64,000 nt of DNA from Camelus dromedarius (GCF_036321535.1 NC_087437.1:54500001-54564000), one strand, 5' to 3'. Counted from the first letter of the stretch, positions 37,741-52,029 are shown. The notes: generated by a model not told the origin, from the letters alone. Made by a program: numbers and translations.

Positions 37741-39130
37741 TGTCTGTGCTTCTCTGGCACTTGCCATCTCCTACTTTATGTTTTAGTTCTCATTCTAGAC
37801 TGGGAGCTCTTTACGGGCAGGAAAGAAATTATATCTCTCTGTGCCTTTGACATTTGGGACTTGCCACAAAGTCTCCTTTAAGGGAAAGGATTCTATGTAA
37901 TCTCACTGGTGGCATCAGTGCAGGCTCATTTCTAGGCCCCAGTCATGCGGTGCCAGGCCTGGCTGGGAGCTCTGTGATATGGAGCTTTGAGCACACACTG
38001 TACGTGCTGGATTGGCCTCTGGCTCCTGCTTCGTGAGTGACACGGAAGAGACTAGAGCCTGTGTTTAGCCCATGTTCTTCTGATTCATCAAGTTGGATAG
38101 TGCTGGCACTTCCTTGATGGCAGAGTGGGCATCCTGCTTGGAACATGAGGCTTGGTTTCCTTCCTGGGTCTTCTGTGGATGAGAGTTCCAGCCTAGAGGG
38201 GAGGGTCAGGGAAAGTGTGGGTTTGGGGCAGCTTTGAGGGCTACCCCCTCCTCTGACCTCTCTGTGGGCGGGACCACAGAGAAGGGGTCCCAGAGGAAGC
38301 TTTCCTGTAGACACTCCCACCCTTGCTGTGCTTGGAAGCTGACCGTGGAAGGGGATTCAGTTCCAAAAGCTCTACCATTTGACTCTCTCACGTGTCATTT
38401 TCCAAAATACAATACCCATAAGTCTCAAGAGCCAGTGTTTTAGCCGGGCACGTGAGGTCCTCCATGTTCCGGCCACAGCATTCCTTTCCAGCCTCCGTCC
38501 CACCGCATCCCTCCATGTTTTCTGCCTCTGGCCTCACCAGATTAGTCACTTTCTCCGAGAACACCCTGAACTCGTCTCAAGGCCTTAGCACGTCGTGTTC
38601 TCTGGGCCAATTTCCCTCCTTCTTGTTCGTGGAAGTCCTCTTGGGCGTTCAGGCTCAGTTTAGAAGTCATCATCAACAGAGCTCTTCGTGACCCTTAAAA
38701 GACACTGAATATGCTGCTACTTTGCACACTTTTCCTGCTGTCTTGTGTATTTGAGTGAGTCTGCCTTGAGCCTGTGTGCTCTTTGAGAGCTCAAGGCATG
38801 TCTGAGTCAGCGCCCATGTCTGCTGGGCCCATACACTGTGCTTTCGGAAGGACAGGAGATGTTAGCAGATGTTCACTTTGTGCATCTCTGAATGCAGGGC
38901 ACCTGACATCGTGTCGGCTAACAGTTGTGCGGAAGGGTGTTCAGAAGCTCATACAAAGGTTACCTGCGACTCATCTGACCGTGAGTCCAGACATTTGAAC
39001 TCTGCTTTTGAGTTGCCCTGATACCAGCTCATTGCTAACCTTTCTCAGGCCTGCTTCCCTCCCACATACCAGGGAGATGTCTGTGTAGTGCCAGGGCTCT
39101 GAGCTTTTTATTTCACTTAAGAGCATACCA

Positions 39131-39395
39131 GGGAGGAAGGGGATGGGAAGGGATACACTGGGAGTCCGAGATCTGCAGATACTAACTACTATATACCTAG
39201 AATAGATAAACCACAAGTTTCTACTGTAGAGTACAGGGAACTATATTCAATATCTTTTAGTAACCTGTAATGAAAAAGAAAATGAAAAGGAATATATGTA
39301 TGTATATGTATGACTGAAACACTTTGCTGTGCACCAGAAATTGACACAACATTGTAAACTGACTATACTTCAATTAAAAAAAATGAGAGAAAAAA
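39131..39395 (+). mobile_element. 5'-truncated LINE-1 3' UTR (same young family as 16927-17423)
   Basis: GGAGTCCGAGATCTGCAGATACTAACTAC..ACAGGGAACTATATTCAATATC..CACAACATTGTAAACTGACTATACTTCAATTAAAAA. Imperfect TSD AAGAGCATACCA / AAGAACATAACA. Confidence 0.9.
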
Positions 39396-42300
39396 AGAAC
39401 ATAACAGTAAGGTGGTATTCAAGATGGATCTATCTGCCTTTAATGTGAACGTTGTTTAGTTTGAAAGTTCAGGTTTTTTTTTTAATCCCAAAACTCCTTA
39501 AAATGTGAATATAACAGAAGAGTTTTTTCAGGTACACATCCGCCTCTAGCAGGATGGCTGTCCATATAGGGTTGTAACTGTAAAGTAATAAAACCCAGGT
39601 CATGCAGCTTGACTTTGAAGACTTGAGGTCAAGTCCTGGTGTTACCATTTACTAGCCCCCAAATCTTTGGTCAGTTGCCTGACCTCCCTGACCCTGAATT
39701 TTCTCAGCAGACCACTGGGAAATCTTTCTCATAGGGCTGATGGGAAGTTTAAATGAGGTGCTGGGCCTTAAATTGGGATTTTTTTTTTTTTACTGTCTGG
39801 TTCATCAACTGGATTTGAAGGCCATTTTTAAATAGCAGTTCCAGACAGTTTGCTTTTGAAGGGAAAATTCCTGGGTGTGTAAGTTTTCATGTATGTGTTT
39901 TTTTTTTTTAATTTTTTGAATGACAAAATACACCAATTTAGGGGACACACAGCATCTAACAGACTTAAGGAGCAAACATGGTTTATAAGCCTCAGTTGTA
40001 ATCCTAATAAACTAGAACCACAGACCCACAGGCTTTGAGAAATTGTAGACAGAAACTTTGGGAGATGAGGAGTGAACATCGATTAATGCATACTGTATGC
40101 AGGCTCTGTGCTTCCCAGGTTAGGTATGGAATCCCAAGAGGTGATTACATACACCCTGAAGGGTAGGTGGTATCAGCCCCATTCTGTAGACAGGGAAGTA
40201 TGAGCTCAGGGGTGGTCAAATAATTTACACAAGTCCCACATCAAAGCCTTGAACTTTGTCCTGTACTTGTGATGGCCACGAGAAATCCTTTCCCTTTACA
40301 GATGTGAGAAGACCTGCCTTTACTTTGTTATCCTTGACCCTCTGACTCCAAGGCAGCCGCAAACTCTGGGCCAGATAAAGCAGTGGGAATCGGCGGCCTT
40401 GATGTCCCATCACTCGTTCAAGGCATCTGGAAGAGCGGCTTGACTTTTCCTGCCAGGAATCTGCCCATTTTTGAGCTCCTTTGGCCATGTTCCCTTATCA
40501 GCCTCTCCTTCCTTTTCTCCCTTTTGGGTGATGTTTGCCGTTGCCCGGCCCTACTTCTGAGGTCAGGGGTGTATGCGAAGACGGCTACGTATTTTCTTTT
40601 AAAAAAAATTACAGGTGGAAAATAAAATTCGTCGTGTATTTCCCGTCATCCCCTCCAACACGTGGTGGTGGGACAAGGTGGCGTGGGGCTGGGGGTTAGG
40701 GATTCTCGTCTTGAATCTGTCACTGACCAGGGAGAGGACTTGGGCTCCTTTCCCTTTCTGGGTCTCAGTGCCTCCATCTGTAAACACTGAGGGCACTGTC
40801 AGATGACTTACAAGATTTTAGAATTCTTCTTGTTTTGTGGTGTCAGAACCATTGGTTTCTGCTGAGCTACGTAATCCTGCAGCTGTTTCTCTGATACTTT
40901 TCAATCTTTAGGCTTAATCTATTCGACAATGTATAATTTTTTAAAGGGAAGCTTTTATAGACACTTCTGAAATATAAAATGGGGGGGGGATAAATGGATG
41001 TTAAAAAATAGAAAACAACCAATTAAATAGTATAAAGTATGTAATTCTCCTTGGAAACTTACCACGAAATTGAGGAGCACTTTAACAACTGGTAATTTAA
41101 ATTGCATTTGAACTCTGCTAATGGTTTGTTTGCATGGGAACTTCAATCATTTCACAGTGGTTCTTTAGCAAAACTGCTTGTTCTCTTTATGGAACAGAAG
41201 AAGAAAAATTCTTAAAAGAGAAGTTGACTGCGGTAAAGGGGGACCACGTTCATTTGTGCGTGGAGGGAAGCTGGCAAGTGAAGGTGGAGAGCTTTATCTT
41301 CAGCGGGAGTTTAAGCGTCTGGGATGCTAGCTGCCCTTTGCTGTTGTTGTAGAAACTGTTCTGATTTGTATCTCCCTCTGCAAGGAGAAGCTTGGGTTTC
41401 CTGGGGCATGGAGGTGGGGTCTGTCTTTTTTTTTTTAATGAGATTCCACTGTCCACAGGGCCAGTGCTGGCCCCCTCATACTCCATCCCTCAGCAAGTTT
41501 GAAATTATGCCTTTCTCACCGTCTAGTGTGATGGCTGTGAGAATTCCAGGGCCCTTGAAGATCGCTACCTCTCAGGAAATATATTGCTTTGCTGGGCTCA
41601 TCTTGATTATCCTCCATTTTTCCGACTTAGTTTCTTTCTGCTGTTGGGCTGTACAGCAGGAGTTCTGAAGCAGGTGTTCTGAGGTCTGGGTGTGTAAGTT
41701 CTCGTTTTGCCCCAAAGCTGATTGTGTGACCAAGGGCAAGTCTTTCTGGCCAGCTGGTGGTGGTGACCTCTTCTGTTAAAGTGGCCGTAACTCGACCCAG
41801 TGGAGCAAGCCCCAAACTGGAGCCCTGGACTGCCTGCCACCCACTAATGGGGGGCTCCTGGGGTGGCCACTTCCCTCCTCTGGTCCCCGGGGTCTCCTCC
41901 TGTCAGTTGGAAGAGTTGAGGTGATTCATTTTTTAAGGTTCCTCCCAACTTTGAACTTGTATAGATATTTAAAAATTGAATGCGATAACATACACAAAAT
42001 GGTTGTATGATTGGTTCAATAATGTTAAAAATGACAGCAATGAAAATGGGAGTAGCAGCTTTTTCTGGTATGTGGATTTTCCCTGCATACACAGAACTTT
42101 GTAGCAACCTGCTACCCTGGAATACTTGTCTGTTGGAATAGATATCGCAGAGCCCTTAGCAAAATAGTAATGGTTCTTAATAAAATAAAGCCAACAAATG
42201 CGGACTTACCAGGAAGCATCAAGATTGTCCAGTCCTCTGCTGCTCGCTGGCTCTCATTTTTCAGACGAGGAAGCACAGCGATCACTAGATTCCATAGTTA

Positions 42301-44229
42301 GAAATTTGTCTCCAAACTCATATTCCTTGTCTCTTTTTATATACTGTAGTTCAGATTTTGCTGTTGATTTTTTTCTTGCCTAAAATGTGAGTATCTGACT
42401 AATTGATTTCTCTCTTTCACTTTTGATACTATGATGAAGCTATTTCCCACCCACCCCCAAAAAGCTTATCTATGAACACTAGGGTGCCAGCATTCTTTTT
42501 CCCTATCGTTCTGAGACAAATTAGTGAAATAGAAGTATTGGGAGCTGACTGGGGGCTGAGGAGGGACAGAGGTCAACCACTGGGTTTGTGGGTTTCAAGC
42601 CTGGCATCATTCCCAATCTGGTTTACCCAGCAAGTTCATAAACCCGGGAAATTCTAAAGCTGCTAAGACCCTAGAGATTCATAAGCAACCTCCTTCTCCC
42701 ATTTCCACAGGTGGGAACACTGAGGAAGCAGAGGCGAAGACGGAACTCAGTCACCTGACTGCAGTTTAGTGCTTTTCCCATTGTTCTGCCAGGCGTCGTT
42801 GGAGGGAAGAATTTTTCCTCAGTTGGTGAGTCCTACCCAGGAGAGAAGGCTTTTCTCTTTTATAAGCAATATGCATATTTTATTGAGATTTAAAAATCAG
42901 TGGTTTCCATCTAAAGCATGGGCACCAGGAACTAGGTTGGGGTAAGAACTAAGAAGAACAAAAATGTTCTTCCCTCCTTCTTGACGTGATTTCATTGGCA
43001 AAGGACATGTTATAATAATGCTAATAAAATGTGTGGCAAAGCAAAGGCAGGACTCAGCTCTTGGAAGGTAGCGGGAAGAGAAATTGGAAGAAAATTTGGA
43101 ATGATGATGATGTCAGGTTGCCAAAAATTGCACTGCTTCCTTCTTTCTCCTTTGGCATGGCGGGCCGGGGTCTCGAAGCTGGACGACCGGAATGAAAGTG
43201 TCCATGAACAAACAGCGCTGTGGGCACTTGCAGGGAGAGGAGGTCGCAGTACTGAGTGGTTCTTGCTTATCCCTGTGCGAGGTGCTTCTTTGATGATGGA
43301 TCTGCACTTTGACAACAACACTTTGAAGTAGGGGGAGCTAAATTTGCGTAGGCCAGGGCGTGCCCCTCTGACTTAAAGAGCCTGCATGGGCTACACTGGG
43401 GTCTGAGTTTGAATCCTGTTGTATACTCCGAAAGGGCAGTGGTGACCCGGGCAGGTGAGCTTTCCCTTGTGTTTTAGAATCATGTTCCAGAAGATGGGGG
43501 TGGTGAGGAGACTCAGTGGTGTGGGATAGCATGGGCTGTGGGGGGATCTGAGGGAAACAGCTGGGGCGATCTTGGGAAGGCTTTGGTTTAGAATTGTAGA
43601 TCCGTGCTCTCCGTCCCACGGCCCAGTCCCCATGTGCCCCACCTCTGGCTTTACACTGAATAAATAATATCCCTTGCCATGTTCAGGGTATAGTTTTTCA
43701 AAAGCGAGTGGATGCTGTTGTGATGGATAAAACCTAACTTCATTGAAAAGCATGGCTGAATTTACTGTCACGTTTTGTCACCCTTTCCTTTCTTAATCAG
43801 TGTATCTTAAAAGAACAACCGACTTTCTTTGCATCTATGGATCTGCAAAAGATGAAAGGCTGGAAGACACTGCTTTGACTCTTAAACGGCTCAGTCTGTT
43901 ACCATTTCAAACATGGTCTTGACTGTTTTGTCCAAGTATATACACTTTAGGCAATGAATGTGAACCTTTCTTACCCACTCTACCTCCTGAGTGTTTTCTG
44001 TGCTTACAATTAAATCGCGATGACTCTGAAGCCTTGTGCTTGGACACAAACACAAAATCGAGTGTGTCATGACAGAGTGGGAGAGAGCACCGTAAGCAGG
44101 AATAGGTTGGGAGAGGCTCAGAAGTGGCTGTTGTCCGTAAGGGGATTATGAGCCAGCAGTGGTCTTTGTCTTCTAAAATGTGGATGTGGCCTCAGACTGC
44201 GTGATGGAGGGAACAGCGTGGGTGAGTGA

Positions 44230-44420
44230 CGCTGCCAGAGCCCGGCGAGCCCAGAGGTGAGGTGGGTCTGGTTTGAGCAGGACTTGGACTCTGATTCTGT
44301 GCGGCGCTCCTTGCTCTGCCGTCTCCAGTATGTGTGTGTGTGTGTTGGCTTCATCCTCAGGATGCTTTCCCTCGTAATCATAAGAAGCTGCCTGCCGTCA
44401 CCTGGCAGCTTGTCCACTGT
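44230..44420 (-). mobile_element. MaLR LTR fragment (MLT1J/K-like)
   Basis: TGTGTTGGCTTCATCCTCAGGATGCTTTCCCTCGT..AAGAAGCTGCC. Confidence 0.45.
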
Positions 44421-47064
44421 GTAGTGGACAATAAGTAGTCCCTCAAAAGACTCTGGGTGCTGTTAGGAGGCAGAGAGAGGACTCATGCTTCATGGACAAC
44501 TACGAACCTGCTTTTGACCCTCCTCTCAGAGCTCTCCTAGGGTGCTGGGCTTTCGTCCTTGCCTTATCCTCTGAAAGGGACAGGAGCCAACTGGCCTCTC
44601 CACACAAGGATGCTGAGAGGACCGGAAACACATCCCACCAGGAACCATTACAGGAACGAGACCTGTAAAAGGCAGGATGCAGGGCACACATGACAGTGGT
44701 CTTTAAGAATATAAAATATATAAAATGTGGTCAGAAGAGGGATTGACCTGCTCCTGTGTGTATCCACACAGGCCAGTGGGACCTCTGGCACCTTGTAGGT
44801 GCAGAGTGCATTTTCAGGGATAGAAAGAATAAATCCAAAGGTAGTGACTGTCCCTTTTCCTGAGGGTGTTGTATCAGGCACTGGCCAATTCTCTGTTGGA
44901 AAGCTTTAGGAATTCCAGCACAGATCAGGCGGGACTGCATGGTTTTATGAGAAAGAAACAAATGACTTGACAGAAATAGGCTTTGGGGACCAGTATGGCT
45001 TAAGAAGTTTGTGAGCGCGGAAAAAGGCAGCAAGTGTGGTGGGATGGGGTATCCGAAGGCCTGCCGGTTATTAGATGTGCAGCCCTCGACAAGCAACATC
45101 CCTTCACCTCCAGTTGCCTGACCCGAGGGTTAGGAATAATAGTCGTTGTCCTGCCAACCTCTCGTGTTCTGTAGAGCAAGTGGGTTGATAGATGGCAACC
45201 TGTTTTGCAAACTGTAAAGTGTGGTCCATCCATGATAGGTCATTATAGTTGTTTTCTCCTTTAGCTTGAATATAAAGAGTATAAGGAAAAACAAGATCTT
45301 GATTATAAAGAAAAATATTGATCATGACTCTGAAGGAACGTAAGACAGTGGGCTGTGCAGGTATGTGCCCAGTGTGTGTCCTTCCTTCCAACTCTGCACC
45401 CCCGTCGTCACCAGGGCTGGATGGGCGCTAACTTGTCCTCAGTCTTGGAAAGGAGTTACATCTGGTACCTGGCTTAATGATGATGGCTGAAGTTGAAATG
45501 ACACTGTGTGTCCTTATATTTTATATATATAGATATATGTTATGAAATATATATCTATATATATATTTTTTTGCTCTAGGAAGCAGGAGGTGGAGGAAGG
45601 AAGGTAGATTCGAAGTCTTAATGCCTGAGAAATTCCCTGGAAGTTCCAGTCTAGCCATTTGGGTCTTGCTTTGTTTGATTAGATAGTCACACCTTCTACT
45701 CTAGGTGTGGCTGGCCCAGTGGGAGTCAGGAAGGAAATTATTTTCCTCTGTTGATACTAGAATACAATTATTGATGGCAGCCAAGGGCTTTCAGTTTTAA
45801 TATTTCCTCTTTTGTCTTGAGAAGAATCAGGCATTAGTCTCTGCCGGAAGCAAAGCATTGGTCACTTCCGTCAGAGGTGAAGGCTTCCTACAGTCAGTCA
45901 GCCAGGTGTTTTCTGGGCATATGTGACCATCTGCATAGCCAGCTTTCATTGCTTTTATGTTATTGCTTCAAAAGTTCTGACAGGGTTTGCTGGGTCTGAG
46001 CAGGGACCCCTCCAGCCTCTGGAGGCTTGGTGACTCCTCTGTAACCTAGGGATGTGTTGTTGGAGGTGTTTGCTGTCCATGAAAGTAAAAGGGGGAGCGA
46101 TCTCTCTTTTTCTTTTTTGCTTTCCTCCTTTTAATTCCACATTCTTCTATTTCTTGACTTCCACACAGTGGACTCTACCTTGGACAGAGCTCTGGGATGT
46201 CAGGTGTTCTCAGGTTCTCCCTCACTGGGCTCCTGTGTGGTAGAAGGGGTCTGATGCCAAATGGAAGGAGAGCCCATGAGTCCTGTATAGATTGCTGCCA
46301 AACATTCACTCCTGGTTCACGGAGTGTGTGCTTGTTCTCTGCCTTGTTCCCACTCTTTGGAAGTCAGTGAAACTCAGGATCTTTAGGACATCCTGGTGGA
46401 TTAGGCATAGTCCCTAACCTTGAGAAGCTGGTAGTCTAGTTGGAGAGAAGCACATGCATAAGAGTGAAATATACTTTGGAAAGGTATTGCTTACCGCACA
46501 CATTCAGTAATCACCGGATATGCTTCAGGTCTCATACCACATGCTCGAGAATTCTAGTTAAGTGAGTTACAGCTGCAGATCTCGCGGGGCTTAAATGAAA
46601 GGTTGGAGGAGTGGAAAGAATTGGGAACATTGGGAAGGTTTTTAGGAGGAAGGCATCTGATCTCAGAACTCACTGAACCGTGATGCTGTGGTTTGGCTCA
46701 CTAGGGCTGGACAGGTTCTGAGGGCAGTGTAGCTGATAGAAGAATACGGCTGGGCAGGTAAGGAGCCTCTCACCTTCCATGTGTACTTCAGCCTCTGGTT
46801 CATTTCTTGTCAATGTACTGCTGCTGAAAGTGTCCTCCTGACTTTGAGCTGCACCGATATTGTTTCCATGGTCACCTCTGGGTCCCAGAGCATGCCTGGG
46901 TATGTGTTCCCAGGCCAGCAGATCTCCACATTCTGGAGACAAGGGCTCCTTTCAAGAGTCCCTGAGAGCGCATCTCTTTAGTTCTACTTCCTAAACCTCA
47001 AGAAAAATGGTGGAGTTTGTCGGAACCTTTAAGATAATCCAGGACTGGGTCTCTCAAATTCGAA

Positions 47065-47644
47065 TGCTATCTTTCTTACCTATTGCCACCTCACAAATTG
47101 CCCCAAACTTAGCACTTTAAAACGAGAAATGTACATTATCTCTCACAGGTTTTGTGAGTCAGGAACCTGGGAGCAACTTAGAGGGGTGCCTCGGGGCTTC
47201 TCCTGAGGTTGCAGCCCAGGTGTCTGCTGACTGGCTTTCTCATCTGAAGGCTCTGCTGGGGCAGATCCACCACCAAGCCCATTCATGTTGTTGGCAGGAT
47301 CCAGTTGCTCACGGGTGGTTGGGCTGAGGGCCTCAGTTCCTTGCAGACTGTTGGCTGGAGGCCGCCCTCAGTTCCTTGCCCTGTGGCCTCTCCATAGGCA
47401 GCTCACAACCTGGCAGCTGGCTTTCCTCAGAGCAAGCGAGCAAGACAGAGCCCCCTAGAAGTGAGCCACGGCCACAGCCTTTTTATAACTTAATCCTGGA
47501 GGTGACACGTCATTCCCTCCGCCTCATTCTGCTTGCTTAAAGCAAGTCACTACAACCAGCCCACAGTCAAGGGGAAGGGCTGCACAAGGGCCCGAATAGC
47601 AGGAAGTAGACTTACAGGGGCCATCTTGGAGGCTGCCTGCCGCA
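47065..47644 (-). mobile_element. MaLR solo LTR (MLT1E/F-like), near full length
   Basis: ACAAATTGCCCCAAACTTAGC..TTTTGTGAGTCAGGAACCTGGG..GGCCTCTCCATAGGCAGCTCACAAC..GGGGCCATCTTGGAGGCTGCCTGCCGCA; about 580 bp. Confidence 0.9.
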
Positions 47645-50600
47645 GACACCCAGTGTTACAATGGCACATGCTCAGGTGCACATACTCAGCACGCCTCTGT
47701 GGATCAGTTTTACTGCAAGACTCTTTTTGGGGAGAACTCCATTTGAAACCTGAATCTAAACACTGATGTATCGTTGCACAGAATGCAAGATTGGCATGGC
47801 TTTTCAGAGGAAGAGCACGAATTTTTAATTAATGCTGGGCTCCTATACCTCTAAATTTTTACCCTTTTTAGCAGTTAGGACTGCTTTGGTGGAAATGTTT
47901 GAATGTTCTTGCTTGAGCTCTTTGCTGTGCAGATAAGACACCAAGACCCAGAGAAGGGACAGTCTTCTAGGGCCACAGAGCCAGGGCTGGCTGTGGAGGG
48001 ACATCTAAGGCACCTTTGGCTCTGACCCAGCACTTTTCCCTCCACTTCTCTGCATAGTCTTTGCCTATGAATCAGTCCACACAACTTGTAGGCATGTTTT
48101 CTCTGCTGTTTGCAACCTCTATCCTGTTCCAGAAAGAGATTGGGGAAAATAGGTCAAAATTTGGAGCCTGGAGCCTAGATGTTGTCCCTTTAGTTAAATT
48201 TCAGGGTCTCCATCTCCTGTTGAGTCATGCTGTGTCCTGAAAAGTTGCATAAATCAGTATTACTTGGCTTAGACAGTGTGTCTCTGCAGTTATGAATAAC
48301 ATTTGTATTAAGAACAGTGAGCCGATACACAACATTACTGTGAGACTGACAGGATCAGACAGAGAACCTCAGCCAATACTTTCTGTCTGGCAGAAAGCCC
48401 TTTTCCAGAGCATCCGTCTCCTTCCCCACCAAAATAGTCTTTTTCTAAAACCAAGCTCGGCAGTACATTTTATAAAAGATGACAGGTTCCCTTAGAGCCC
48501 ACCTTCACAGTCTTAAAAAATTAATGGAAATGGGAGACTTAAAATGATGGTCAAGCTCATTAGGAGCCCTGCAGACAAAATAAGGAAAGTCAGCTATGGT
48601 CACTGAGACTGTCACCGGCCAGAGTGTTAATCCTACTCCCCACTCCATGGCCCCTTTTGGCTTTCCATTATTTTTTTCTTTTTAAAATACTTTTGGTGCT
48701 TTCAAAGTGTTTCTTATCCATTATTTAACTTCTATTGAAAGTCCACAGTAGGAAATAACTTTTCATTGGGTGAAGGCAATGAGGTCAATCCAGTTGGAGT
48801 AGGAAGACTCATATATTAGCTGCGTAATCTGTCTTAAGTCACTGAATCATTTTTAAAACTGGTTTCCATATCTGAAAAAAATGGTGCAAGGAGCGCCTAC
48901 TTCAGAGACTCTTTTGTGCTCACAAAGCAGCATAATATAAAGTGCCAGTTGAATGTGGTACTTAGTGTAGAGTTGGTGCCAATTAAACGTTGGTTTCCAA
49001 CCTCCTTAACAGTCTGTAACTGCTAGAAACCACCCTCGGTTCTTGTCTTTGTTGGGCCGTTATCTCAATGTCCCCACTTTGCACTGTCCCCTCGGCTTGG
49101 ACCAGCCCTGCAGCATTTGCCTCTGTCACCCCTGATTCCATCTTTTCCTGAATAACGAGAAGCCTTAACATTTATAATTTCGCTCGATGGCTCCCAGGAC
49201 ATAAACACAGACATCATAATATGGTGATGTTTTCTGGTATTTAGAAACAGTCGTTCTGGGAACAGAATTTTCATACCCAGTGTTTCATGAGGAAGGTCTA
49301 TTGGAAAGTGAGTGTTGGTTTTCATTGACGAGTCTGTCTGGTCCAGAGGCTGAGCCCCACCTGGCCGCCATCAACCACCTCTTCATTTGTAAATGGAAGC
49401 TGCTCTGGGGCTGCCCAGGCCTGACCCTCCCCGGTTCCTCTTTGGACTCCTTTAGGATGACATCACCTCCCCCTGCTTCAGTGGCGACTGGCTTGAGTTA
49501 TATCAGTTATTAAAAATGATCTAATATTTTCCTTGTAAATCTAGGGCCCTGGCTCATTCTATGATTAAGCTGGTGATTTATTTATAATATGGTACGAGAC
49601 GGCTGCAGCCATCCCATGATGTAATCTAAGAATGACATGAAAACAGAATAGGCTTTTACATAATGAAAGTGTTCCTGTAATACAGTTTAGAGCAAGGCTT
49701 TTTTTCTCCCCACATTGAGAATGGAGATAAATTCTTTTCTTTCTCTTCACTCCTTTCTTATCCTCTTCCCGTTTGTGAATCTTAAGGCCTTCAAGTCAAT
49801 TAAAAAAGTCAGCTTTTAAAACACCGCAAAGTCTCTTGGTTGACTCTTCTAGTCTTGTCTTGTCATCATCCTCGCCCCTCTGCCCCACTGCTCTCCCTGG
49901 CCTCTGTTTCGGCCCCTACTCTGCTCAGGAGCCCACGGGCTCCTCTCTGCATACCACGGGCCTCACTCTTCCTTTGCTTATTCTCCTCCTGCTGCAGGAA
50001 ATGCTTCCTTAGTGCTGAATTTTCTTCTGCTAAAGGCAGACCTAGCACACTGGTTCCCACAGAGAGCAGACTTCTTCAGGCCAGCTTGAATGCGCCTTTT
50101 CCTCTAAGCCTTCCCTGAAGCTTCTGCCTCTTACTTAGAAACCCTTTATCTGCAATCCTTACAGAACTTAATACAGCAAGCTCCCCACCCCCCTTGCAAG
50201 GAACGCTGACAGAGTATCAGAAGAGGCGAAGGGACTCGAGATATGGGGGAAGGGGCCTTTGTAGTTCTGGTTCTGCTTCTAACACTGAGACCTGGGGAGG
50301 TCGTGACAGTCTCTGAGCTTCAGTTTTCCTCATCTAAAGAATGAGGAGTTTGGATTTTGTTTCCTGTGGCCACATGGTGGATTGGTAGTGGCTCCTTGAG
50401 GAGCGGTATTGAGAAGGGTCCTGAAGCTGTATCCTGACTGGGAAGGAAGGAGTTTTGTGATACTTTAGCAGTATCTGCTGTGGCTGTGGCAAGGGGAGGG
50501 AGGGTAGAGGTATACAAGAAGTCCCTGTGCAATTTTTGGACTGGATGATTTAGAAATCTCTTTTTGTTTTACCTTCTGGGATGCTTTGATTTGTGGACTT

Positions 50601-51319
50601 CAAGTGTCTTGCCCAAAGCCACACAGGTGAGTAGTGGCGAGAATCTAGTTCTCAGGTCTAGAGATGCTTGAAAACTGCCTATTCAATCTCATCTTGTATT
50701 CACACAGGCTGCCCATGGGAGTTGAGAAGCTGGGATCAACAGGATGAGAGGGGCCATGGTTTATTGGAGACTCAAGACCCCCCAGATTCTGTGTGTCCTT
50801 GGGGTGGTGTAGGGTCAAGAAAGATTCTTCACCTTCTTTGCTTCCAAAGAATTATAATGTCTGCATGATTCTAATCGGTGTCAAAAATGGCATTTGGAGG
50901 ACAAGGTCAGAAAGTTCAGTTACTCTGCCAGGGTCCCCCTGGGTTAGGGCTCCCAGGGTTAACCCAAGTTCCTTAGGATCCTCTGTCCCCCTCTCCCCGA
51001 CCCCAGACCAAATGCTCAGCCCTCTGCAGAATGCTAAATTTCATGAACACTAGGTCAGCTCCATAAAAGGGCCTGGAACAGTGTGAGAGAGAGAGGGAGG
51101 AGGGAAAGGAAGGGGGGAAGTTTAGGATGGCTGATGGCACCAGAAACCAGAGCCTCTGAGGGGTGAAAGAAGGAACTGGAAGTGGTTAGTGTGAAGAACA
51201 GAGAAGGGGGATGGAGGAGGGAGCAGAGCAGGACTCTGCCATGGAAGAGGACACGAACTCGCTCTTTGTGACCCCACAAGGAGTTCTGGGAGCAGTGGGT
51301 GGAAGCAACAGAAGAACAG

Positions 51320-51505
51320 TGTGAGGAAGAACTTTCTAATATTAAAAGAGCAGACCACAGTGCCATGGGCCTTTTCTGGGGTTAGTAGTTCCCCATCACT
51401 GTGAGTATCAGGTGGAGGCTGGTACTGATGGGTCCTCACCATCAGAAGCTGGATGGGATGCCCTTTAAGATTCTCTCTGTCCTGAGAGCCTGGAATTTTC
51501 TGAAG
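51320..51505 (+). mobile_element. L3/CR1 3' end
   Basis: GAGGAAGAACTTTCTAATA..AGTTCCCCATCACTG..CTGGATGGGATGCCCTTTAAG. Confidence 0.65.
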
Positions 51506-52029
51506 ACATGTTTCATGTGCAAATTAAATAATTTCCATTTTAAAGAGAAGGCTTTATGAAGGAAAGCGATTCTTCCTTTCTCCATGGTCTTGGCACACAG
51601 AAATGCTGACTTAACCTCGGGCCATCTTTTGTTTCACTTAGCATGATTGATGAAGGAAGGAGGCTAACTGAGGATGGCTTAGTACATGTTTGTACTGCAT
51701 GTATTCTTGAGGATGATTTTTGTGCTGCTTTTCCTGATAGTTGCAGAGAATTCTGTTCTACTGGCCTCCTTCAATCTGCTCCCCGCCGACTCCTGTGTCC
51801 AATGTCAATGGTTTACTTTTTCTGCACTATCAGAGTGCTTTGTTTATACCTCCAGTAGAGCATTCATGCCACTTTGCTATGTAAGCAGATTTCCAGTCTT
51901 CCTTCTCTACTAGTTCAGTTCATAGAAGCTTCTTAAGAGTGTAAGTCCCATCTTACTCTACAAAGAGGACCTGTGGAGTCCAGTGAAGTGGTTTGCAAAT
52001 AATGATGATGACTCATTAGCATAACAACT

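Noticed and set aside
51645..51740. C/D-box snoRNA-like arrangement (TTGATGA..CTGA..GATGA..CTGA)
   Set aside because: Non-consensus C box, weak terminal stem and no rRNA/snRNA guide that I can recognise.
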